DNA of 33,984 nucleotides from Dimargaris cristalligena (Eukaryota): assembly GCA_003614675.1 (NCBI GenBank), contig ML002398.1, forward strand, positions 1-33,984. The letters run 5' to 3'. This document shows positions 9,891 to 22,012 of the stretch, piece after piece (within the stretch, counting starts at the first letter, position 1; every line of letters begins with the position of its first letter). Both the position numbers and the translations under genes were made by a program. The notes beneath the pieces were generated by a model. It was not told the origin of the DNA and searched no databases. It saw only the letters and a list, made by a program, of their open reading frames with translations.

Positions 9891-12800
9891 TCACTCGCTA
9901 TCGGAGTCCGAAAGGATTGCTTTCCGTTTTTTTGGGATGGGTCCTACCAGCGGGTCACCAGGCCTCGTTGCACCAGCGGAGTTAAAGATGCCGAGAGGAT
10001 CACTGGCATTTGGGGCCTCCTCGGAAATGGCCATATCTATACTTGAAAGATCACTTAGGCTCTCGTCGTCTAGTTGATTGAGACAAATACATGGGATGTC
10101 GTTCAAAGAATTGAGTTAGGTAAAGTTGGCATAATCAAGAATATAATGCATACGTATCGAAATAGGGAATTGACTCAAGGTATAGCCGAGATATAAGCAA
10201 ACCATCGAGAATGTAGAAGGGCCGTGTACCCATCGCCAGCGATGTGAATGCATGGAAGTCCATTAGAATTATCTGTTGGTTATACTTACCTCCAAAAAGA
10301 TCTTTGTTTTCTTCGAGAATAGGGTCAGAGTGAAGCGGAAGATTGGCCAAGGCCACAGCGAGCTCTGATAACACCATAAAAAAACAATGGCGCCAGATCA
10401 ATTAATCAGTGGGGATACGTATGAGAGGTTCCCATATGGAATATACCGTGGTGCAGGGAGGGGGAGAGTGGGGGCAAAATGAACAATATCTTAATTATAA
10501 GCACGTTTAACTCACCATCAATAGTCTGGGATAGATCGTCAGGTAACCGATGAACAACATTCGTGGCCTTCCAGGACTGGAACAATTCCTTGACGAAACT
10601 GGTGGTCTGGGCGGACAGTCGCCCAGTGTTATTCAAAATTTGGTTCCAGGCCTGCAATAGCTGTTCAGGCCAGACACGGAGCCACTGAATGATCGCATTG
10701 GTGGCGAAATCGAGTAGTGGTGGTGAGTCGGTGGTTTCTAGGGCCAAAATCAGCTCGGGATTGGGCGGTACGCTACGTAATAGATTCAATAGGCCGTTGA
10801 TGGCTTCCGGATGGTCTGATACGTTAACAGTATACAATTAATTGAGTGGGATAGTAGTGGCAATAGCAGTATCAGTTAGAACCGATACCCAACTGATAAC
10901 GAATCCAATTAAAATTCGAACATGGGCATTTCTTCAAATCAGCTTATAACTTCGCAGGGTGCTAGCAAACCGACGTAGATCACAGTAAGCAGAGAGGGGA
11001 TGCGGTAGTTAAACGGAATTCATGGAAAACGAACACTTACAATCAGGATCGATTCTGGTAAGAATAGTAGTGGTAATTGTTTTGATGATATTGGACCGGC
11101 CTGCCGCCTCTGTATTAAGAAGCTGCCAAATACAAAGTTGCTCGAACGTTTCCCACTCCAGTGATTGGACTGACCGATAAGAATATATATCAACAATAAC
11201 CAAGGTGTCCCCCCAGCAAGGTAGTATTAGTAGTGGGTCGGATAGGATTTCAGCTCGATAATCTCCATCAGAGATGTCATTTATGCGGTACATTTGAAAT
11301 AACCAATTATGAGTATAAAGCTTACCTAAAGCGTCACTCGACTGTAAATCGCCGAATAGCCGAACTCCGCCCAGGAGAATTTGCCGATTAAGTGATAATA
11401 TCTGGAAATACCGGAAAATACGCGAACGTGGTAGATAAGAAGACAATCGAAATGCATTAGTTTTGATGTATCTGGACGGCATTGGGCGGTAGGACCTCAT
11501 TATATCGCGTAAGTTATTTTCTAAGCTACCTAGGGCACTTCAGGTACCTCGCAATGTCTAAACTACTGGTCTATATAGTTGTCAACTTACCTGAATCTGG
11601 TCAATCACGGCAACTAGAATATGCAGAGTTTCCGAGTGACCGACACACTCCTCAGCAAATACATTAAAGAGGAGCGGAACAAGCCAATAGAATAGAACAT
11701 GCGAGTGGTCTTGGAGGGCCCTTAGGCAGGCCGCCAGTGCAGTAGAGGCCGACTCGTTGGGATTGGCAGTCGATAGGTAAGCCAGTAGGGGTTCGAGGTG
11801 ACCCCGGAATTCTCGGATAGGGTCCCTCATCCGTCGCCCTGTGTTGGGTGATGAGCGAGAAGCAACCAGTTCCTCACCGCCCCGACGAAGCCAATAAAGC
11901 AACCAGCGCGGCAGAAGTCCTTCTACCAGGCCGCCCATAATGGTCACCAACTGGAAAAGCCGCTGGAGCTCCGTTGCCTTGTGGTGGGCCACAACCCCCT
12001 GCATCAGTGGTATAACCTCGCCTGCTATTAAGACACAAAATTCATCTAATACATCAAGCTCAACTTCAGAATCCCGGGGGCTAAAAATTGCTGGTAATCC
12101 TTCTTGATGTTGACCAAGTCCGCCGGAGTTCTTCGTATTCCCGTCCCCGACTGCCCCCAGAGAGCGGAGTCGATCGGTCTGCGCACTAGGAAGGAATGCC
12201 TGTAGGTCATCGGACAGGGGATATAAATCCTCCAACACACCCGGCGAGGGGATTTTGCGCAAGATTAATACGAGGGCCGCGCCAAGAATATTAGGCGGAA
12301 TGGCAGTTTCCCGGAAAGTTTGGACTATCGTACGGAGAAGAGTAACGGCCTGTTCGGAATTCGATTCGGCGATGGCCTGCTCTAAATCCGTTAAGCTAGT
12401 TCCAAATATCCAGAGAGCTGGATCCCGGGCTGCTGACTCCAGTTCGGCGGTTTCATCATTTGCTCCAACAGAATCGTGTCCTTCGCCTAAGTCCATCGAG
12501 TGGCTCATGGATGAGGCGGTGATGGACTGAAGGTACTCAGGTGGGGATCCCGCTGAGGTGGGGGATGATGATAAGAGTGGGTAGTCATTAGAGTCACGAT
12601 AGGTTGGAACGGACGATGGCCCGCCATCAGGCTTTGAATCGCCAGGGTTGGTCCCCGTCGTCATTGAGATATTAAATTGGGATTCCACGGGGGAGGGGTT
12701 ACTGTGCCCGTCGAATGAAGTGGCCACACCAAACGGACCAGGCATATCGTTTAACCCATTATTTTGGGTCGAGTCTGACGTCAGGAAAGACGCTGGAAGG

Positions 12801-15800
12801 CGGGCAAGTCTCATTTCAGTGTCAGAGAGTTCGAATAGCTCCCTCATCAATTTGGCAATTGCCGGGTCGATATTGGGGGCTTTGATTAGGCCATCCAATG
12901 ATCTTAAAATAGAAGCACAGGAAATCAAAATAAGAACGGATGGTGAAGCATCCAATGAAAGGTACAAAATATCGAAAGGTTAGCTTCATATATAGAGAAC
13001 AAAAGAGGTACCTTCAGAAGACTTGAAGCCAGAAGGCCTTCCAGTAGATTACGAACCACATGGCGCTACTTACTTTATGACTGATTTTGAAATGATGTCT
13101 TGCATAGCCCCGGCGACACTCCCCTTAATAAAATGCTTGATAGAGGGGGCGTATTCGTTCACTGTAAAATGAAGAAACTCGATTAACATAATTGTCAGGA
13201 AGGAATATTTCTCGATGGATCGCTCCATAAGTAAAATGGCCGGTTCTAAAGAGAAGGTATGGGGGAAGGTTTCAACCACAGTAGATGGATTAGATTAAGC
13301 GTCATGGTGGAAATGGTTTCAACAAATCATTATTCTGAAAATGAGGAAAGTAAGAGACTGAGTGAATCTCAATCAAGACTAGAGCGACTTTTAACGAGCC
13401 AATGGCAACATAGTGTTTCAATGGTATAATCCTAATATTGGACCTACCTATACTCATAATGCTATCGGTGGAAGGATCATAGAAAAGCCAGTCGTAGAAG
13501 AGAGCTAATTTGACATTGGCAGCGACAACATGCGACTAAATAAAGATAAGCAGATATCAAGAATATTGTTTACGAGCATGTTACAGTATAAGTTCGTATT
13601 GGGCTCGGAATGTCGCTGGTAAAGTGCAATAATCCGGTAAGGCTATGTAATGGAACATTCGGTAATAAAATTAGTATGGGGGGTGGACTGACCTTTATGG
13701 CTCGGAAAAGAGTACCAAGAACGAGATAGCGAGGCACTATATCAGACGCTAGAATCGCATTGGAGGGGTGGTATACGCCGCAGATATATCGCACAATATC
13801 ACTATAGAGGGTTTCCGATTCATGGCTTCCAAGAAACTTTAGCATAAACCAGTTAAGATTCCGCTGATGAGCCCCCCATTTGAGCTAGGCGCAAGTGCAT
13901 TAAGACAATCACAAAGGGTGAAAGTGATGAATATGCCGATGGGAATAATACAGAACATGTGGTATACGCGGGAATAAGCTGGGTTAGATAAAGCAATGAG
14001 ACGCGAAGAGTGTACATATGTAGCACCAAGTAAGCGCTTATACCAATCTTGTATGGTGGATACACCCTGTAACTATGGAATAAGGTATGCGCCAATGATA
14101 CAGACTACGCGTGCAAACTATAGTCCGCGCGCGTTTCCAATTACTTACTCGTTCCATAATGAAAAGGAGCTTTGTTTCCATATCAAAAGTTAGCCGACTT
14201 TGTAAATACATTTTGGGAGTCGGGACGGTCAGTAGCTGGTGCAAGCCTTTAAAATGGGGGTTGAGTTGCTCGGGGTGGCACATAAGGGTTATCCACAGCT
14301 GTTTAAAATCGGGGATTTGGGCGACACCCTGCAGCATCCGGACTAGTTCCCGGCCCATGTGACAGCATTCCAGGAATTTATCCCGTAGAAGCATAACCGT
14401 AAATTTAACCTCCCGCTCGCGGAGGGCGCCGTATTTCTGGTGATCCAGGATCAGGCGGGTGAAGTGGTAGGCCGCGGAGGATATAACGAAGGGCTGGTTA
14501 AAGAGCCAGGATATGTTACGTTCTAGACAGCCGAGGGTGGTATCAATTAATTTGAGGTTAAAAGAGCTGATGTCGCCACCTATACACGCGGGTCAATTTG
14601 GGACGGGAAGAATAGTAAAGTGTTAGCCCACATAGATCGGAGGAGTGGTATCAAAAAGCAAGTGCGTGGAAAGACTTGTTCGCGACAATGGACAAAGAAC
14701 AGTGACTAATTCAGTACGAATTGATTACCAGTTGATGGCGAGGACCGAATTTCGACGCAATTAAATAGTTTAATAATCGCCCGACAATAAATGGCTCTCT
14801 AATACTTACCCCGCATTTGCCGCATAAGGGCCATATAAAGACTGTCGATACCCGGAACATTAAGCTGTGTTATCCGGTGTAGGAGCCAGAACATCTGTAG
14901 ATGGGAATGTAACCAGTGTCGCCAATAGGGTATTAGACGATGGTTGAAAACAAAGTAGGATATATATGGGAAACTACTCCCCAGCAGCCTACTTAAATTA
15001 CCTGGCAACTGGATTTAGCCAGTATACCCAGATAAAAGTGATACATTTATATGCAAAATAAATGAATGACCTACTTGTTCTATTACTCCCCCACGGAGAC
15101 CGGCAAATTTAATGCAGGTTGCGAAATGACGGAACTGGTTGAGGACAATTGCATAGCCATCCCGAACCACGGCGTTTAAATAACGGTAATTCTATATTCC
15201 AAAATACGAAGGGCGGGACGAGGGTAAATTGAATTTAGGTTAAATGGGTTTTAGACGAGGTAACAAAATACTCGCCATGTACGGCCAACAGGATGGAGGT
15301 TCGACTAATATAAGCAAAATTTAAGATACTCAAAGGCCCCTGCGGATAGCGTTTTATTCCCGGGACGGGGCGCGGGAAGAATGACCATAAAATGATTCGC
15401 AACAATGGCATTGGTGGTTTCTCATCGCATTTATGAAAATAAGGTAGACTTACCGTTTCGGCTTGACTGGGATCGATCAGAATTCCGTAGAAAAGGCCAT
15501 TGACGATATCCGAGTGCTTTTTCATGCTTTGCGATGCGACATCCTGGAGCTCCTGGTGGATTTCAATTTCAGTTTTCCCAGTGAGCATTTCCTCGAGTTC
15601 ATGGCTGCATCTTTGGAGCTCCTGTAGATATGTGGATAGTCGGAGTGCAATAGTTAGAGAGAATTGTTTTGGGTAGGTTGGTTACTATTACTGGTTTCTG
15701 GAATCACACGCACTCCGATACCCGGGGATTCTCCTCAACCGGAAATTACGCTATGTAGTCGGAGGGCGAAACTAGATGACAATCCTATGGGCTGCTTTTC

Positions 15801-16454
15801 GGGCGGCGGTCTATGAGCCAGTCTAAAGTCTACCATATTATAGCGGATAGGCTTACGAAGCCCATAAGTTTAATCGAATTTAAAAATAAGGGCGGTAAGG
15901 GGGTGGGTGTGTGGGTGGCAAGGAACTTGAGTCCAGGCCACCGCTCCTAGTCCTGCCTGGATAGACTAGGGTATTATTCGTTTGGATGATTTTGTTTGGG
16001 AGTTTGTTTGGCTTGGAAAAAATAATAGACTAAGAAGCTGGGACCACCTCGCCCAGTGTTTTGGGGGAAAGGGACTGCACGACTATAGTATACCACCCAC
16101 CCCGGTCTGGCCAGCATACTCCCGCAGCAACTGTACTGGTTCAGTCGGCTTGTTCTAGGAAGCCAGCAGCCCCGCAATGCCAAGTGAGGTCTAGCATACC
16201 CGGGCAATTCGGAAGCCTAGTGGAAGCATTCCGTTTTTGAAGGGACTCACTGGGGCTGGGAAAGGAGAATGCGTAGGGTTTGGGTAGGGCTGGGTCTACA
16301 TGTAAGACGGACTGGACCTGGTCTCCCTTGGGATACGCGCATAGAGATGGTACAATAGGGGAGCGGAGTGGGTAATACTTACGGTTTCGACCACGTCCAA
16401 GGCGTCGATCGGAGTGAGGTCAAAGAGCAGGGATTTGGGCTCTTCGGTGGCCAT
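9891..16454 (-). CDS. INTS3: Integrator complex subunit 3 / SOSS-A homologue (14 exons, about 1131 aa)
   Basis: Exons 16454-16383, 15621-15454, 15191-15075, 14894-14810, 14579-14149, 13884-13693, 13535-13448, 13245-13074, 12902-11591, 11401-11326, 11169-11041, 10815-10516, 10364-10290, 10069-9891. All introns are GT-AG and the join is in frame (3396 nt). INTS3 motifs: VVRDG, MRGGDIS, RLILDH, GRELVRMLQGVAQIPDF, DIVRYICGVYHPSN, KLALFYDWLF, EPAIL, QSLEWETFEQ, HPEAINGLL, and a C-terminal KKRK...SDSD. Confidence 0.92.
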
Positions 16455-16627
16455 GGTAGACGGGGGTGGCTTCGCGTGGATGCGGTCAGTATTCGAGAAG
16501 GGAGTGGAATGCGGCTGGTAGGACTAAGGTAAAGTGGGGTAGAGGGAGCTAACTAGCGGAGGGGAATGGGAGGCGGGAAAAGAGAAAGGAAAAAGGATTC
16601 AGGTTGTGTTCGGTCAGAAGGACCAAG

Positions 16628-16663
16628 TGGAATGGAATGGAATATATATATATATATATATAT
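16628..16663. repeat. (TGGAA)3 followed by an (AT)n microsatellite in the INTS3/carrier intergenic region
   Basis: Directly visible: tggaatggaatggaatatatatatatatatatatat. Confidence 0.9.
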
Positions 16664-17101
16664 GCGGGCAAGTGGCTGGCGGGGAGGCAGGGCGCGGGGG
16701 GAGGCAATGAAATGATAGTGCTTCCCATACAAAGAACAGGAAGAAACGGCAAAATAAGCCCCGCAGTGGGAGGGCGGGATGGGAATATATTGATGAGGCC
16801 GATCAAGCCAAACAGACAAACTGATTATGATTAGTGAAGGGCGGTTGCTGGTGGGCATTGCTATCCGAAGTGACTGCCCCTCTGCCGTTTACTACCAGCT
16901 CGCTTATAACTTTCTAACTGGCCCATCCTTCCTTCCCTTTTTCTCTTTTGCCAATCCCCTTCCCCCTCGAGCTCCCTTTTAGAAAATAGTCCTTCAAGAG
17001 AGTGTACGCCCGTCCTTTTGCCAGCCGCCTCTTTTTTCCAAAACGACCCGGAAGCCCCACTGCTTCCATTTGGTTCCTCTCCCCTTCCCTGATAGTCCAC
17101 C

Positions 17102-18055
17102 ATGTCCGTTTCCCCACCGGAAACCACGGACCCTTTCCGGGCAGCCAAAGACTGTATGGCCGGGACCGTAGGCGGTATTCTTCAGGTCTTTTCCGGACAG
17201 CCCTTTGATACCGTCAAAGTTCGCCTACAGACCATGCCGCGCCCCGCCCCGGGTCAGCCCCCCCTCTACCAGGGTACCCTCGACTGTGTGCGACAGACGT
17301 ACCGGGCGGAAGGCCTGGCCGGGTTCTACAAGGGCACCACCACCCCTCTCGTCGGCGTGGGGCTGTGCGTATCCATCCAGTTCCTGGTTCTCGAACACAT
17401 GAAGCGCACCTTCGCCCAACATAACGCAGCGTCAACTACCCCCGCTCCCCTAAGTCTCACCCAGCTGTACGTGGCCGGGGCCACCGCCGGGGTGGCCAAC
17501 TCGGTAGTATCCGGTCCCGTTGAACACATCCGTACGCGCCTGCAGGTCCAGACCGGTAGTGCCGCCAGTACGGGTACCGGCGGTAGCGCCCGCCCCTTTT
17601 ACAACGGTCCCATCGACTGCGTTCGCCAGATTTACCGGTCCCACGGACTGCCCGGCCTCTTCAAAGGTCAGGCGGCCACCATCGTGCGTGAGTTCCAGGG
17701 CTACGGCGCTTACTTTTTGGCCTACGAATACATGATCCAGCGGACCATGGCCCGACGCCAAGTAGCCCGCGATCAAATCGCCGCCACCGAGGTGTGCCTC
17801 TACGGTGCCCTAGCCGGCTACGCAATGTGGGGCTCGGTCTACCCCGTTGACGTCATCAAGTCCAAATTGCAAACCGACTCTTTGGTTCCCCACCAACGCC
17901 AGTACCATTCGGTGCTGGATTGTGCCCGTAAAACCTTCCGCTCCGAGGGGGTAGCAGGCTTCTACAAAGGTATTGTACCCTGTCTGCTGCGTGCCGCCCC
18001 CGCGAACGCAGCCACTTTTATTGGCTTTGAACTGGCCATGCGCTTTTTGAAGTAA
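17102..18055 (+). CDS. YMC1: Mitochondrial carrier (SLC25) protein, YMC1/carnitine-ornithine carrier subfamily (317 aa)
   Basis: Intronless. Three signature repeats PFDTVKVRLQ, PVEHIRTRLQ and PVDVIKSKLQ, plus EGLAGFYKG, IVREFQGYGAYF and LRAAPANAATF. Confidence 0.9.
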   Translation: MSVSPPETTDPFRAAKDCMAGTVGGILQVFSGQPFDTVKVRLQTMPRPAPGQPPLYQGTLDCVRQTYRAEGLAGFYKGTTTPLVGVGLCVSIQFLVLEHMKRTFAQHNAASTTPAPLSLTQLYVAGATAGVANSVVSGPVEHIRTRLQVQTGSAASTGTGGSARPFYNGPIDCVRQIYRSHGLPGLFKGQAATIVREFQGYGAYFLAYEYMIQRTMARRQVARDQIAATEVCLYGALAGYAMWGSVYPVDVIKSKLQTDSLVPHQRQYHSVLDCARKTFRSEGVAGFYKGIVPCLLRAAPANAATFIGFELAMRFLK

Positions 18056-18260
18056 AGGGGGTTCAATCTCACCTCGAATTAGAGGGTCTTTTGGAGAGTA
18101 TAGATCATTTTTGATATGGCAAGACGAATTATTTATTATCAGTTGGGGTAACCCGCTGCGCACATAATTAGAATATATTTTGGCTAATAGAAAGCAGTAT
18201 TTAGTTCAGTATCGTATTGTGAAATATGCATATGTAAAATAGGGGGTAATTGGAGGCATT

Positions 18261-21200
18261 TTACAGTTCCGAGTGCTTCTTTGCAATGGGGAGGGAGAAG
18301 CATACGGCTGCATCATTGAAATGGGAGCCAAACGAGAGACAGGTCGACCCTCCACCAATGACGAGCACCCATTGCTCTGATTTTGGAGAATCCTCAAGTG
18401 GCTCAGATGGACTGGGCCGCCAGACCACGGAGCAGCCAATCGGCATCCAACGGGGACTTAAAGCCAGAGGGGGAGCTGCGTTGGGCAGAGCTAACCAGTT
18501 CTCAGTGCGGGTATCAAACAGGGCGACAGTACTATCCCAATCGAGAATGGTGCCAGGTGTGATGCCCCCCACTACTATCAGTAAGGATGGGCAAGAGGGT
18601 ACGGACATGGCCCGATGGCCGTAGCGGCGCCCAATTTGGCCAGCCGATTGACACCGAGCCACACCCCTACAATTCCCGGTTTTCAGGTCAATTACGTAAT
18701 CCTTGTTGCTGGGAATCCCAGCCACGGTTAAACCCCCCAGCAGCCAGCACTGCTGAGTGCCCGGAACAACGACCATACTATGGGAATGTAGTGGACCGGG
18801 CAGCTGACCGTCCTGGTCCATCGAAGGACAGAGCTGAACTTCGACCCAACTTTGGATGGTCATGCAGAACCTCCACAAATCGGAATAAACGCGACCATCG
18901 GAGGCAATGCCCCCAAATACCAGAAGTTTGGGAGCGGGGTCATTATACACACATGAGGTATGTCGGTAGCGCGGGCCAGGTTGTAGAAGGGCTGACTCGG
19001 GGCTGCTCGTGATTGGCTCCTTCGGGACGATGGGCTGCCAGATACCGGAGTGGGAAGTGATATCAAATAAATACAGGTCGTTGTAGGTCCGACAGGGACC
19101 AGCCCGGCCCCCGAATAAAAGGGCCTGGGTAGGCGATATCGCATCCATGGAATGGTAAATTCGCGCTGATGGCGGCGAGTGGTGATGGTTTATTCCAAGC
19201 GGAAGGGAGTGATTACCCTCGGTGGCCTGGGGGGACCATGGCTGTATTACTGGGGATGACTCGGCGCCCTTAATTGTCCAGATTTGCGTATCGCCCAAAC
19301 GGGCGTGGACATTAGCAGTCGGCTTGGCTGCCGTAACCATTGGCTGTCCGAAACCACCAAAGGTTACTACGACCGGGCTCGGCGAATTAGGAGGGGATAG
19401 AACTACACTACTGTGGCCCCACCGGTGTAACTTCTTTGGCCCATCGGGTAGTGATAGCTCCCCCCCATTGAAAGCTACCTCTTTCCACGGACGCTGGCCT
19501 TCAAGTAACATGGTGGTCAAGGACTGCGTGATGGCGTTGCAGCCATCTTGATGGTCGATTCTTGGGGGGGCGGTGAAGGTCGGGGGCAAAGGGGCATTCT
19601 GCGCAAAATAGTCAATAGGTAGCCAACGCTGCGGCCGTTCCAATGGGGGGTCTGCCCCACTACCCGGAGAACTTATTGGGTAGTTCATGGACGCGAAAAT
19701 GACAAAATAGTGGGCGCCATTCATGTGCCATTCTTCCCACTCATCAAACGGTTCAATAGTCAACAAACGCTGTTTTTCGGCAAACGGAAGCAGCCGATCC
19801 CAGAAATCATGCAAGCTTAGCGCCGACGTAAACGACCAGGCTTGTTGATGTAGCCGGTCCCGCTGGCCCTTGATCGTGGGGTACCGTTCGGTGACCTTGA
19901 GAGGGGATCGCATTTTCCGAAAGTGGGCCAGCATGGTGGAGCTAAAGGCATTGGGTGCGGGGGTAGGGATAGTCTGTTCATACATCACGAGCTGGCCTAT
20001 TAATCCATCGTGAGTTGGATTGCATATAATAGGTAAACCGAAGTAGGTATAGTCAAAAGAAACTAGTGGATTAATAATAGCTATCAATTATCTAGAGACA
20101 ATACATTATATATCGAACAACTGTAACCCCTAAGGGTTTAGTAGCAATATATATATATATATATATACTTAAATACGCAGTCAATTTAATCGGCAAGCTG
20201 CCGAAATCCCACTGACTTACCTTGCGGGTACGATGCCGCCCACTGTAGTACGCCGTCCGAATCCTCCGGCTCCATATAAACCAACGCCACTTCAGAAACG
20301 AACAGGATTTCGCTCTGCTTCGTTATGCCGAAATTCTGGAAAACCTCAGTCAGATTTTGCACCTGCTTCAGGTCGCACCCAACCAATTGATAGTCAGTGG
20401 CACTAATGTCGCCATTGTCTTTGAAAACGGGATTGGCGGTCTCTAAGAGTGCCATCAGTTCGGGATCGCTTTTGATGAGCCCAGATTTGCGCCGAACCAA
20501 ATCGGGAAAATCGACATCGACGAATAGCATCGGCGGCGTGTCAGCCCGGTGTTTAATTCTAAAGTAGGCCGGGTCACTAGTGGGACGGAAATAATAATAA
20601 TACAATGCCGGTATCAAATATCAGTATTAATATCTTGATAGTGACTAATCGGTAAATTCATGAAACCAATGGGTAAATTATTAAAGTGATTCCAATAGAT
20701 TCATTTAGACCTCTAATACAGAGAAAAGAAATGTTGCTAAAAATGACCTCAAGCCATTAGTAATCCACTTACAAGCCACAGCCGAGCAGCACAATTACCC
20801 GACGATCGACCACATCGGTGGCGGGTGGTTGGCTCGATGGAGACCAGCCTGGAATATCGAGATTGGCTGTTCGCATGGGGGTCTCTAAAAACCAGGACAT
20901 GAAGTAATCCATAATGAGGGACCGGGCAAAATAGGCCACATTGATGAGCGGTGAGCGACGCGCATATTTGGCCACGACGTTTTTAAGAAACTGCTCTTCT
21001 TGAAAGTAGCCCACACGATCGGCTGATCGTTTACTGACGATGGAGTTGTCATTAGTTCCTATACGGCAAGATTAAATCGAAAGGTTTTTAACAGGTAAGT
21101 GGGGTGGGTAAACGACAGGTAAGTCGGGTTTCTCGAAAAATAACTCCAGCAACGCGAATAGATCCTCAGTTTAATTGGGCGGACGGCAATGGCTGGGTAT

Positions 21201-21430
21201 AATCAGTGAGACGCTAAAACGCTCATTATGACTACAATGATTAAATTAACCTTTACAGCCCGACTTATGACAGCTTTTGTCCTTATGAAGGAAGGAACAA
21301 TGGTACAAGTATTGACCAGGATCTCTATTTTCATTATTGTTTGACCTCCACTCAACTCCAATCGCCGCTACACGGAATACTTACCCTGAACCGCAAGGTC
21401 AGCCACTTGGCTTTTCCGAATTGCCGCCAT
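18261..21430 (-). CDS. PPM2: tRNA wybutosine-synthesizing protein 4 / leucine carboxyl methyltransferase 2 (LCM domain + Kelch repeats, about 807 aa)
   Basis: Exons 21430-21385, 21058-20773, 20576-20221, 19996-18261, joined in frame (2424 nt). Motifs VQGTNDNSIVSKRS, RRSPLIN, LGCGFD, DVDFP, SEVALVYM, EPFDEWEE. Kelch motifs RWGHS, SARIYHS, PRYRHT, LVFGG and C-terminal GGGSTCLSFGSHFN. Confidence 0.93.
20147..20167. repeat. (AT)n microsatellite in PPM2 intron 3
   Basis: Directly visible run atatatatatatatatatata. Confidence 0.9.
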
Positions 21431-21803
21431 GACCAGCCTGAGTTAGTCGGGTATTAAGTATTTACTCAGCACTTATGGGGGATAGAGTGGCCAACGCAAA
21501 TTAGCATGGAAGCAGCCTGGTTGAAGTAAATGCGATGGAATGTATAAGCCTTCAAGAGGAAAGTGTAAACTACTCACTTCGCTTAGTATAGAGGGAGACG
21601 AAGTGAGGTCGCGCGGATTGACCCGAATAATACTTCTTAGGGATCGAGTGAAATGTGGGATCTCGTACAACCTATTAGGGTGCTTCAGTATGTTAATCCT
21701 TTGTCCACCAACATTTCCCGCCTTGGGTCGATTTCAACTACCCCGCCGTTTCTTTGAGAAGCAAAATGTACCCCGCAAACTGGGTAATCGCGACGATATT
21801 TAA

Positions 21804-21811
21804 TCACGTGA
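21804..21811. promoter_or_regulatory. Palindromic E-box TCACGTGA in the shared PPM2/BIN3 upstream region
   Basis: Perfect 8-bp palindrome matching the bHLH (Cbf1/USF-type) consensus between two divergent genes. Function not shown. Confidence 0.35.
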
Positions 21812-22012
21812 ATAACCCATCTTGGGGATGGGTGGAGCGGTTTTAGAATACTGCTTCAGACCTCGGGACATCCTGGAAGGCCTAAAAATAAGGGAGGGAT
21901 GAGCTAAAAATAAATAACTGTCCTGGACCCAGTTGTCATCTGTTTTCGGGCCCATTTCAATATTCGGTGGCTTCCAACCCCTTCTTTATTCTTCAAGTCA
22001 ACCTCTGGACTC

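Noticed and set aside
18261..18278. C-terminal HSEL of PPM2 resembling an ER-retention signal
   Set aside because: The protein has no signal peptide and the family is cytosolic.
21378..21386. ATACTTACC matches (also near 10282 and 14802) resembling the U1 snRNA 5' end
   Set aside because: They are reverse complements of GGTAAGTAT splice donors of minus-strand genes.
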